A stretch of DNA of 64,000 bases, taken from the IMG/VR virus record IMGVR_UViG_3300023174_000033, positions 124,001 to 188,000 of that record; one strand, 5' to 3'. The notes beneath the pieces were generated by a model. The model was not told where the DNA came from and searched no databases. It worked only from the letters and a program-made list of their open reading frames with translations. Position 1 is the stretch's first letter. Every line of letters begins with the position of its first letter. Below, one piece after another: positions 20,838 to 30,100 of the stretch. The translations under genes and the position numbers were made by a program.

Positions 20838-20892
20838 TTAACTCCTATAAATTTATTTATATATTAAATGGAGTTTATTTTCTTGAATGATT

Positions 20893-21459
20893 TTAATAAT
20901 TATCTTTAACCCAATTTATCAAATCCAATAAATTATCCATATTTTTGGGATATTTATCAACTAAACCTTCAAGAAAGATTAATCTATGTTTTTTATAGAC
21001 CCCCGTATCAATATCCGAATATTCCTTTCTTAAATTTTTCTCCCAATCAAGTAGTTCATTTATTCCCCTTTGACATATGTTCATATCATAGGAAATAAAC
21101 TTTTCAGAAAGTGGGGTAGATGCTACATGGTCTTTAGTGTCTAGTATCATCTGCCTTATCTCAACTACATCAATATCATGTTTCTCTGAACAAAATTTTA
21201 AAAAAAGATTAGCTGACTTTTCCTCATTATTATCAGATCCAACTTCATATACAATATCATGAAATAAAGCAGTTATTATTAACTTTTTTCTTTGGTTTGA
21301 ATCTATCACACCATCACCATAATCTTCATTAATTTGAGATATCAAATCAGTTAAATGATTCAAATCATGATAAAATCTATGGGATTCATTCCATTTATCA
21401 AGTAATGTCTTAACATCACATTTTACTCCAAATTCATTTAATATGCCTTGTAGTTCCAT
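20893..21459 (-). CDS. HD-superfamily phosphohydrolase
   Basis: RFYHDLNHL, FHDIVY, NEEKSA. Confidence 0.8.
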   Translation of the reverse strand: MELQGILNEFGVKCDVKTLLDKWNESHRFYHDLNHLTDLISQINEDYGDGVIDSNQRKKLIITALFHDIVYEVGSDNNEEKSANLFLKFCSEKHDIDVVEIRQMILDTKDHVASTPLSEKFISYDMNICQRGINELLDWEKNLRKEYSDIDTGVYKKHRLIFLEGLVDKYPKNMDNLLDLINWVKDNY

Positions 21460-21462
21460 AGT

Positions 21463-22578
21463 TTACTCAAATTCTTTATTATCCAAAGATACATAAAAAT
21501 TATCAAAATCATAAAATTCTTCATAAATATCTCTTAACTTATCATAATTTATAGTTTTAATAATTTCTTTAATTGACCAACCTTCTGGGTTAATCCAATT
21601 GTTTACATTTTCGTATCTCATTATTTTATCTTTCTTCAGTCTTAATAAATAATGATTCTTAATTATTTCAAATCTTTTCTTCGTTAGAAACTTATCAGGA
21701 TTACTCAAAATATTCTTCACAGTTTTGATTATTTTCTGCGCATTCTGTTCTGTGGTCTGTGTTGTTATACTCGTCAATCCTTGATTGTTGTATCTACTTT
21801 GACCGCATCTAATATAATAGACCAATCCCTGTTTTTCTCTACACTCTTGATACAGAGGAGAATCAAGCCCCATAGATAACATCGCATTTATAAAATTGAC
21901 CCAGTTGAAATTTTCTTCAATGAGTGGTGAAGTCATAATCAGAGAAACTTTTTTACCAAACTTTTCCCTTGGCTCCAAAATAACATCATCATAGGGCCCG
22001 AAAACAGATTTTGTTTCAATATTTTGAGACGCGAAACTATCAGTATATTTGAAAGGTGAACTTTTTGAAACATTTATAATTTTACTTGGATACTTAAATT
22101 GTTTTTCAAAAAAATTCAAACAGTCCATAAATTTCATTGATTCTAGATCCTCCCTCAACCCTATCGCGTCATAATCTTTAAATAATTTCCTTGACAAATT
22201 CAATGCGTGTGACTCGGTTTGGTCGGAAAAATAATCCCCATATTCCTGTAGAACAATTTCACGTTCCATTTCAAACTGCTCTTTCGTTATATTGAATTGA
22301 CTCATAAGATCAACTAACTCATATCTCCTTCTACTTAACATTTCATCAAGACCCGTGAAATAAAAAACAATTTCATTTTTTGAGGTGTAAGCATTCCAAG
22401 AAATTGCTTCTCTCTCAAAAATCTCTCTTAAATTTTCAAAATTTTTACACATTAAATGTTCCATCAAATGTGATATACCAAAAATTCCCCTTTCCTCTAT
22501 GTTAGTCGATCCATAGTAAACAAGGTAAAATCCCGATAAGTCCGTTTCACTCTTTAAGTTTATAAGCATTTTAGTCAA
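21463..22578 (-). CDS. M16 (insulinase/pitrilysin) zinc peptidase
   Basis: Inverted zinc motif HLMEH, NAYT, REKQGLVY. Confidence 0.9.
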   Translation of the reverse strand: MTKMLINLKSETDLSGFYLVYYGSTNIEERGIFGISHLMEHLMCKNFENLREIFEREAISWNAYTSKNEIVFYFTGLDEMLSRRRYELVDLMSQFNITKEQFEMEREIVLQEYGDYFSDQTESHALNLSRKLFKDYDAIGLREDLESMKFMDCLNFFEKQFKYPSKIINVSKSSPFKYTDSFASQNIETKSVFGPYDDVILEPREKFGKKVSLIMTSPLIEENFNWVNFINAMLSMGLDSPLYQECREKQGLVYYIRCGQSRYNNQGLTSITTQTTEQNAQKIIKTVKNILSNPDKFLTKKRFEIIKNHYLLRLKKDKIMRYENVNNWINPEGWSIKEIIKTINYDKLRDIYEEFYDFDNFYVSLDNKEFE

Positions 22579-23083
22579 AAGTAATTATGAAATAATTGTT
22601 TCTTATTTCGGTATTTTTTGTATAAAAAATAGATATATTTTCCAAAATTGAAATTATATCTTCGTTTGAAAAAGTATCTTCTGTAGATTCAATTGATTTT
22701 TTCTCATTAACCCCACCCATAAAACTTGATAATGTCTTTATCTCACGATCACGCCTTGTTGATTCCTTCAAATTATCAACTTCGGTGAATATACCAAAAT
22801 TGATAACATCAACAAATTCTTGTATGGGCACATATAAGGAACTGTTTTCTAACTTTATTTGTTTTTTCAATCTTTCCTTAATGCTGGAAAATATTTCCTT
22901 ACTTAAAATATCATTTGATTGAAACATTTTTTCAACTAATATATTGTCTTTGAAATCATTAGCAACTTTTTCCAAATAAACTTCTCTTGACAAATTATTT
23001 GTTTTAAGAATTTTTGTAAGTCTCCCCTCTTTTAATAAGTAGGAATCTATAAATTTAATTTTTTTATTATCAAACGTAATCAT
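22571..23083 (-). CDS. Hypothetical protein
   Basis: 170-aa ORF; AATATATA at 23107-23114 (-). Confidence 0.6.
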   Translation of the reverse strand: MITFDNKKIKFIDSYLLKEGRLTKILKTNNLSREVYLEKVANDFKDNILVEKMFQSNDILSKEIFSSIKERLKKQIKLENSSLYVPIQEFVDVINFGIFTEVDNLKESTRRDREIKTLSSFMGGVNEKKSIESTEDTFSNEDIISILENISIFYTKNTEIRNNYFIITFD

Positions 23084-23136
23084 ATTTTAAAAAGATTTTA
23101 ATATTTTATATATTAAATAACTTTTTGGTTAATTTA

Positions 23137-23168
23137 TTTGTACAATCCAATTTCATTCCCTACCTTTG
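23137..23168 (+). promoter_or_regulatory. Bacteroidota-type primary-sigma promoter
   Basis: TTTG(23137)-N20-TACCTTTG(23161-23168), ATG at 23176. Confidence 0.75.
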
Positions 23169-23175
23169 TGACACT

Positions 23176-23799
23176 ATGATAAAAGTGGGATTAACTGGCA
23201 ACTTATACTCGGGACAAGACCAAGTACAAAAAATATTCAAATATTTGAGTGTGCAGGTTTTTGATGCAGATCTTATGTTAAGGTATTTTATAAACCACTC
23301 ACCAAAACATATAGAAAGGATTAAGAAAAATTTTGGAGATAGTGCTTATTCTCTAGGCACTTTGAATATCAATATGTTCAGAAATTTTGACGAATTAGAA
23401 TCATTATTGGATATTATTGAGTTTGATATTTTAATCGCTTACGCTAAATTCAGATTAGAAAAAAAACATGAATCATATACTGTTTTTAAATACAGTTTTT
23501 TATTTGAACGTGAATTAGAGACAGATTTTGACTACAATATAAATGTATCTAGGCCAAAATATTTAAGAGAAAGAGATCTTAAAAACCTAACAATGATACC
23601 AACCATCAGTATCAATAATATTTTAAAAGGTGAGTATCCCGAAAAGAAAAAGAACTCAATTGCTAATTTTATAATCACTAACAACGATATGACAGATGTG
23701 ACAAAAACAGTTTTAACGACAAGTTCTGTCTATGACCAAGTGATCAAAATTCACAAAACTATGTCAAGAAAAATCCCCCAAGAAATTTTGGGGGATTAA
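23176..23799 (+). CDS. Dephospho-CoA kinase (CoaE)-like protein with degenerate P-loop
   Basis: MIKVGLTGNLYSGQD...VFDAD, LFE, ANFIITNN; start revised to 23176. Confidence 0.7.
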   Translation: MIKVGLTGNLYSGQDQVQKIFKYLSVQVFDADLMLRYFINHSPKHIERIKKNFGDSAYSLGTLNINMFRNFDELESLLDIIEFDILIAYAKFRLEKKHESYTVFKYSFLFERELETDFDYNINVSRPKYLRERDLKNLTMIPTISINNILKGEYPEKKKNSIANFIITNNDMTDVTKTVLTTSSVYDQVIKIHKTMSRKIPQEILGD

Positions 23800-23802
23800 T
23801 TA

Positions 23803-24117
23803 TTAAGAAACTTTAATAACAATATCTTCTCCAGATTCTGAATATGATTTCAGACAAGTCAGGGACTTGGAAATCAGATACCTATCCAAATCGTTGAAAT
23901 GGTCTTTATCATACGATACCTGAACAGCGTTAATCAAAATATTGATTGCAGTAGTTGGTTCTAATTTTTCAGCTTTAATAAGTTCGTTGATTTCATCATA
24001 TCTTTCTTTTTCTTCTTCAGTTAAAGATTCATAATCAAAATCAACGTTTTCATCCGGAGACTCAACAATTGGAGATTCATCTAGGATTTCATTTGATTGT
24101 TCAATAGAGTTTTCCAT
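23803..24117 (-). CDS. Acidic hypothetical protein
   Basis: 104-aa ORF. Confidence 0.6.
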   Translation of the reverse strand: MENSIEQSNEILDESPIVESPDENVDFDYESLTEEEKERYDEINELIKAEKLEPTTAINILINAVQVSYDKDHFNDLDRYLISKSLTCLKSYSESGEDIVIKVS

Positions 24118-24149
24118 AAAATATTTTTTTTACTTATATCTATAAATAA

Positions 24150-24180
24150 TTTGAAAGTTCCCTTTTTTTTCTTAAATTTG
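24150..24180 (+). promoter_or_regulatory. Bacteroidota-type primary-sigma promoter
   Basis: TTTG(24150)-N19-TAAATTTG(24173-24180). Confidence 0.6.
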
Positions 24181-24215
24181 TAATTCAATTCAAATATATT
24201 TTATAAATAAAGCCT

Positions 24216-24938
24216 ATGAACGTAATTTGTATAAAATCAACAAAGAAACTTGTTAAGAATGCAACATATAGAGTTGCTTCTTTCTCAAACGACAACAATA
24301 AAAAATCCCCATATTTCAGACCAATGATAAGAATCTATCTTACTGATAATATGGTATCGGCCTTTCCTTTAGAATCTTTTAAACCAACAGACTCTCCCGA
24401 CTTCCAACAAATAAATTGGATTTGTCCAGAATATTCTCAAATATTGGAGGAAAAACAACAAATGAGAATTGATGCAACTTTGAAAGCTGGTGACTACATA
24501 ATTCCTTTATATGATAGCTTAAAGACACTCATAAAAGGTCGTAAATATAAAGTGAAGGAGGTTATGGTAGATAAAAGTCAATGGGGTGGTATTAAGATAA
24601 AATTAATGGGATCTGAAAGGTGGTATACAAGTTGGCATTTCAGAAGATGTACAAATCAAGAATCAAGGGAAATAAGTTTGAAAAACCTTTTTGATGAATC
24701 AACAGACACCGAGGTCGTAAATAGATTCAAAAGAAAATTTGATTACCTATCAGAAGAAGAGAAAAAGGACATCCTAATAAAGATATTTTTCCAATCATAC
24801 CTTGATAGAAACAGAAATAATTCCGATGTGGTTGATTGGGCAATTACAAAAATCGGATGTACTTATAATCTGAAAAATGAGGATTTAGAAATGATACTTG
24901 ATACATCAATACGAGATATTATAAAATCTTTAAAATAA
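24216..24938 (+). CDS. Hypothetical protein (possible tandem SH3-like domains)
   Basis: 240-aa ORF; VICIKS and LKAGDYII...GRKYKV segments. Confidence 0.6.
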   Translation: MNVICIKSTKKLVKNATYRVASFSNDNNKKSPYFRPMIRIYLTDNMVSAFPLESFKPTDSPDFQQINWICPEYSQILEEKQQMRIDATLKAGDYIIPLYDSLKTLIKGRKYKVKEVMVDKSQWGGIKIKLMGSERWYTSWHFRRCTNQESREISLKNLFDESTDTEVVNRFKRKFDYLSEEEKKDILIKIFFQSYLDRNRNNSDVVDWAITKIGCTYNLKNEDLEMILDTSIRDIIKSLK

Positions 24939-24964
24939 AAAGGGGAGTTTTAACTCCCCTTTTT
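24937..24964. terminator. Bidirectional intrinsic terminator
   Basis: AAAAAGGGGAGTT-TT-AACTCCCCTTTTT between convergent genes. Confidence 0.88.
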
Positions 24965-26059
24965 TTAATTCAGTGTAAGAAAAATCTTTCGGGCTGACCT
25001 ATCAACCGCTATCACTTTTACTTTAACCTCTTTACCAGATTCCAACTTTTGATTTGACTTTTCAAGTTCAGAAGTGTGGATAAGTCCATTTGTTTCTTCG
25101 TCCAATTGAATCAAAGCTCCGAATGGTTTCATATCTTTAACCTTTCCTGGTATGATTTGACCAACCTTAATCTTATCCCATAGAGTTTCACGTAAGATTT
25201 GTGTAAGGATAATTTTATCCTTAATGATTTCTTTGATGTAAAACTCAATCGCAACTCCTGGACTAATTTGATTAATTCTATTGGTCCAATCAGAGTGCAT
25301 GTTTGTTTTGTGAATCATGCCGGTCAAACACTCATTAAATTCAACGAATACACCAAAGTCCGTTGTTCCAGTAACGTTACCTAGATAAGTAGTGCCAAAT
25401 TCAAGTTTCTGAATCTCTTGGGGTATAAGTGTTTGTAGATATCTTCTTCTACTTACAATGTAAGTTCCTTCTTCTCTGGAATAAGATTCAATCGCTAATT
25501 CCAAGTTTTGGCCAACAATTGATTCTGGTTTGTACAATTTATTGATACCAGCTAGTGTATTAGGCATAAACCCTGGTAATATAACACCTTCAAATTCAAT
25601 CTCTACCGAATATCCAGCCGGAGTAAGTTCTTTTATAGTACCCTTAACTATCGTGCCATCATCAAGAGCTGCGAGATTTCTACGAGCTATGTTTTCGTAA
25701 AGTTCAACAAAAGAACCTCTGATAAAATAATTATCTTCATCAATTTTTGTGACCAACACGTCAACCTGTTGACCAACTTCCAAATTCCGTAGATATGCAG
25801 CTTCAGAGGGTCTATCTTCAACCCGAATCCAATCTTTGAACCCAGCTTCAAATGCGAAATATCCTTGAGAGACACCCACAAAAACTGACTTAAAAAGTTC
25901 TCCCTCAACAGGACTCAAAGGTGAACTGTCTTCGTACAATCTTTTCAACTTTTCTCTGGATTGAGGGGAATTCATCACCTTTTCTTCCAAACTAATTTCC
26001 TTCTCAAAGAGATCCAAGTGCAAAAACCTAGCATCTCCGTAAAATCTTTTTTTCTTCAT
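24965..26059 (-). CDS. rpsA: Ribosomal protein bS1-like (about four S1 domains)
   Basis: S1 repeats, e.g. GNVTGTTDFGVFVEF...GMIHK and GKVKDMKPFGALIQL...GLIHTSEL, plus IVSRR. Confidence 0.82.
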   Translation of the reverse strand: MKKKRFYGDARFLHLDLFEKEISLEEKVMNSPQSREKLKRLYEDSSPLSPVEGELFKSVFVGVSQGYFAFEAGFKDWIRVEDRPSEAAYLRNLEVGQQVDVLVTKIDEDNYFIRGSFVELYENIARRNLAALDDGTIVKGTIKELTPAGYSVEIEFEGVILPGFMPNTLAGINKLYKPESIVGQNLELAIESYSREEGTYIVSRRRYLQTLIPQEIQKLEFGTTYLGNVTGTTDFGVFVEFNECLTGMIHKTNMHSDWTNRINQISPGVAIEFYIKEIIKDKIILTQILRETLWDKIKVGQIIPGKVKDMKPFGALIQLDEETNGLIHTSELEKSNQKLESGKEVKVKVIAVDRSARKIFLTLN

Positions 26060-26111
26060 AAATATTAAATATATTTTCTTATAGTTAATATTTATACTTG
26101 TGTTTAATTAG

Positions 26112-26474
26112 TTAATCTTCTTTTGAGATTTTTTTAAGATAATCTCTAATCCTTATGGCATCTTCGTATCTTTCCTCTTTAATACAAACATCCAATTCTT
26201 TATTTAATTCGGTCTTTAAATCTTGCAAATTTCCCTTTTTAGAATTCTTGTTTATCAAAGATTGAAAAAATGTATTCATATGATTTATATCAATAAAATA
26301 AATTTCTAAATCTTTACTTTTCGAATCCAATAAATTTTCGTTATTATCCAAAGATTTTAAAAATTTATTATTTAGTGTATCATTTTCAAGGAGATATTTC
26401 GCCAAATGATGTGGTCTACCAATGAAAAATTTCAAAAAATTTACTAGACTTTTATATTTTTCACTATTTTCCAT
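26112..26474 (-). CDS. UVR (UvrB/C motif) domain protein
   Basis: C-terminal ELDVCIKEERYEDAIRIRDYL. Confidence 0.75.
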   Translation of the reverse strand: MENSEKYKSLVNFLKFFIGRPHHLAKYLLENDTLNNKFLKSLDNNENLLDSKSKDLEIYFIDINHMNTFFQSLINKNSKKGNLQDLKTELNKELDVCIKEERYEDAIRIRDYLKKISKED

Positions 26475-26479
26475 TTAAA

Positions 26480-27169
26480 TTATATTTTTTCAAAGAATAA
26501 ATTGAAATAATATTTGAAAGCATAGAGGTTCGCTGGTTTTTCTTGATTAAAAGATATTTTTACCTGACTCTCATCAAATTCTGTAGCTTGTTGAAATTTA
26601 GTAAATCTTTTTGAATCAATTGCAATATTTTGGTCAAATTTGTTTGAATATCTAATCCCATTCACACTCAAAAGGTTTATATAATCAATGTACATATCAA
26701 CTTTTTGTAGTTTATATCTCGACCTTATATTCAAATCAATATACTTTCTAATTGATGTGTTTATATCACCATTAACTGTCATTTCATTTTTCATACCTTC
26801 AAAGGTCCTATATTTTTTCAATAGACCAAAAACACAATTTGACAAAATTAAATCTAAATCTATGGTCAATTCCCAACTAGCATTATTTCTTTTTTGATAG
26901 TCACTTTGGATATCCAAAAGCGTTAGGGTGTGATTATCCCTCTTATCACTAACTTGATCATAGATGCCAGGAGTTAAAGTCAATTCAGATTCAAGATCAA
27001 GTTGTTCGTTATTTGACTGTTGATAATAAAAGAGAGATTCGTTAGTCAAACTTATTAAATCTTCAATCTCAATCATTTTTGATCCAAAAAACGATGCCTG
27101 CTCAAGTAAATTATAACTACCATATATTGGTTGGTAAGTAAATTCCGGACTTATATAAGTTCTTCTCAT
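26480..27169 (-). CDS. Hypothetical protein, probably structural
   Basis: Lies in the operon of large structural-type ORFs. Confidence 0.55.
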   Translation of the reverse strand: MRRTYISPEFTYQPIYGSYNLLEQASFFGSKMIEIEDLISLTNESLFYYQQSNNEQLDLESELTLTPGIYDQVSDKRDNHTLTLLDIQSDYQKRNNASWELTIDLDLILSNCVFGLLKKYRTFEGMKNEMTVNGDINTSIRKYIDLNIRSRYKLQKVDMYIDYINLLSVNGIRYSNKFDQNIAIDSKRFTKFQQATEFDESQVKISFNQEKPANLYAFKYYFNLFFEKI

Positions 27170-27173
27170 AATA

Positions 27174-30100
27174 TTATAGTAATCTTGTTCCTGTTTTTAT
27201 ATTTACTTCCTTTCTCTTAATTAACTTACTACCAACTTCTAGACTAACAACAGGAATTTGTGTTTGAAAATGATATTTAAAATCCCAAGTTGATTTAAAT
27301 ATGAATGACCTAACTACATGATAACCAAACTCATCTAACATCGGATAAATTGATTTAGCACTTGATACATTTGTCAATTTTAGCAAATTCTTATCTTTGT
27401 TGACTTTTGAAATAATTCTCTCACCACTCATTCCGAAATATGTTAGACTGGTATCAAATTTGTAATTTCCATAATTATCAGTTTCAGTATAAGATTTGAA
27501 AAGTTCAATATTTTTGAATATTGGACTGTAAAATCCACTGTGTCTGTACATCTTGTTAAATATTTCATTTTTCAAACCAGAAAAATTCGGAACAGGTTGT
27601 TTATCAACTCTATTATACCTTATTAAATTCGCATAAGGAACATCACTCACATAATCTAATTTTTCTTTAGAATCTATAACACCATCTTTTAATTCAAACC
27701 TAGGTTTTAATAAATTTGAATCAGTTTCCAAAGCCTCAACTATATTAGTATCTCTTTTTACAAAAAATTCATCTGGTCCCTCACACGTTATGAAAAATGG
27801 TAATTTTGAAACAGATGTCAAATTGTCAAAGTCATAAATTTTAATTTCACCGGTTTCTTCGGTGATTATATACCTCACAGAATTCATAAAATCGTATTTA
27901 TTAGATAAATCATTTAAGGCATTCATAAAATTATTTGCAGATAATTTTTGAAAAATATCTGTATACAATTCATCTCTATTTTTTTCTCTTAATTTATTGC
28001 CCAATTTTATCAACTTACTAACTCCAGAGGGACTTGTCTCCGGCCAAACATCTCCAAGGTTAAGTTCTAATAACGAAGGATCATATGTGTGGTCATTGAT
28101 ATAAATATTAATTAATATATTTTTGAATTTTTTATTTATGTAAATCGCAATACCATTATCCAATGTGCCATCAATCACATCCACCCCTTGAGCAAGTGGG
28201 GTCGCGACGACATTACTATCTTTCAAATACATATAATACCTATTATTCATCTCAATTATATTATTGCCCCTGAAAGTATTATCATATACGAAATCTTTAT
28301 CTGGTTTCAAACTGTATAACCTTACCCAATTTGGATTTTGGTCTGGTGGAAGTGAGTTCTTTGGAATTACAGTAGTACTTGGGCCAGTCATTCCATATAC
28401 AACATCCTTATACAGAACTATATCAAAAGCTTGGTTTTCGTAAGTTTTTGTACCGTTACGAGTGAAAATCCCACCAGTATTTTTTATATTTGGGGAACCA
28501 CCTGCATCAAAACCGTAACCATTGAGTATATTTAATCCAGTTAAACTACCATAACTTACCTTGGGCGTGTATGGATATGTTACTTGTATTGTTCCAACCA
28601 CACCACCGTTGAGATTTGTGTATTCTTTAGTTCCCCTATATTCTACCGAACTACTCCATAGATTTATTTTCTGCCATCTACCCCAGGGCTTATTATTTGG
28701 CTGCAGGGGAGTTCCAGAAAGGGTAAATCCACCAATTGAAGGAATTTCCTTATTTCTCAAATCCGACATTTGAAAAGGAGATTCAACCCAATATGGGAAG
28801 TTCTCAAAAGTATATCTACCGAGAGAAAACTTACTTTGAATAACTTGACCAATTGTACCAGGTATTGTCCTAACTTTGTTGTCACCAGATGTTGGTACAT
28901 TTGTTATTTGACCAGTTGGATTCGCAAACCATATCTTACCTTTATAATAAGCAGCTATTTTTGGTCCGTAACCGATATTAATAAGATCCCAAGGCATAGT
29001 AGATCCAGGTATTGCAGTATCATACCACCATTCATCATCATAATAAACAAAAGGGTGAACTTGTGGAAAAGCAGCATTTGAATAATTACCACTACCCACT
29101 TTCGCAGAAGAAAGAAAAACAGTTTCTGTTACATATTTCGTACCATTTGGATTCCCAACATAATTCCAACCATTGTAATTTGATCCCGCTATCGCATATC
29201 CATTGGACAAATCAACCCAGTATTTATCACTCGGTCTTAAATCAACTTGATTTGCAGGATTAAATGTCGGATCAGTTTCGGTTCTTGTTCCCACTCTCAA
29301 AATCGGATCGTATCCAATTTTCTGTTTTTCAGGATCTGTAGGTTTTGTAGTTATAAAAATTTTATTATTCCAAATTGTCATCTCATACCAATAATACGGT
29401 TTGTCCATTTTCCAATTGTCAATTATGGTCCAATTCATACTATTAAAAAATGATTGGGTCACACCTCTATTTGGATCATCTCCACTTGGAACAACTCTTG
29501 TGTTGTTATCAGATACCAATATGCTAAATTTATAATCGTCAAATTTATTAGTTACCTTTACATTTATTTTATCTAATTTTCCATTTGAAATGTTAACACT
29601 CGCAACATCGTAAATTTTAAATTTCAAACCTCTAAATAAAGTCGAGTTAGTGGTGATCCCATCAGATGGATTGAACTGTGACCATTTTTTTGTGTTTTTG
29701 ATTATTTTGCCATCAGAAAAATCTGTTTTTTGTCCAAAAAAATAAGAGAAATAATCTAAATCTGTTTTGACATATTTTATCACATCAAATTTTAAGTTGA
29801 TGTCAAGTTCACCACCACCTGTGATATTTTTTATATGTAAAGTATGGTTAATATACTTTGTATCATCTGGATTTATTGTATAAAAATAATCTAAATTTTT
29901 CTCACTTCTATTAACTTCAGTTACAAAAGGATTGACTGTTTTATTATAATCATCTGCTAAAAATGAATTATTAAGAAGATATGGATAATCACCATCTGAT
30001 AAAGAATTTTGAAAGGCCCATTTTACTCTCGTTGAGTTTTTTCTCCATAATTCATTTAAATCATTTTCAACAATTCTAAAGGTTTCATTATTAGCAGTGT

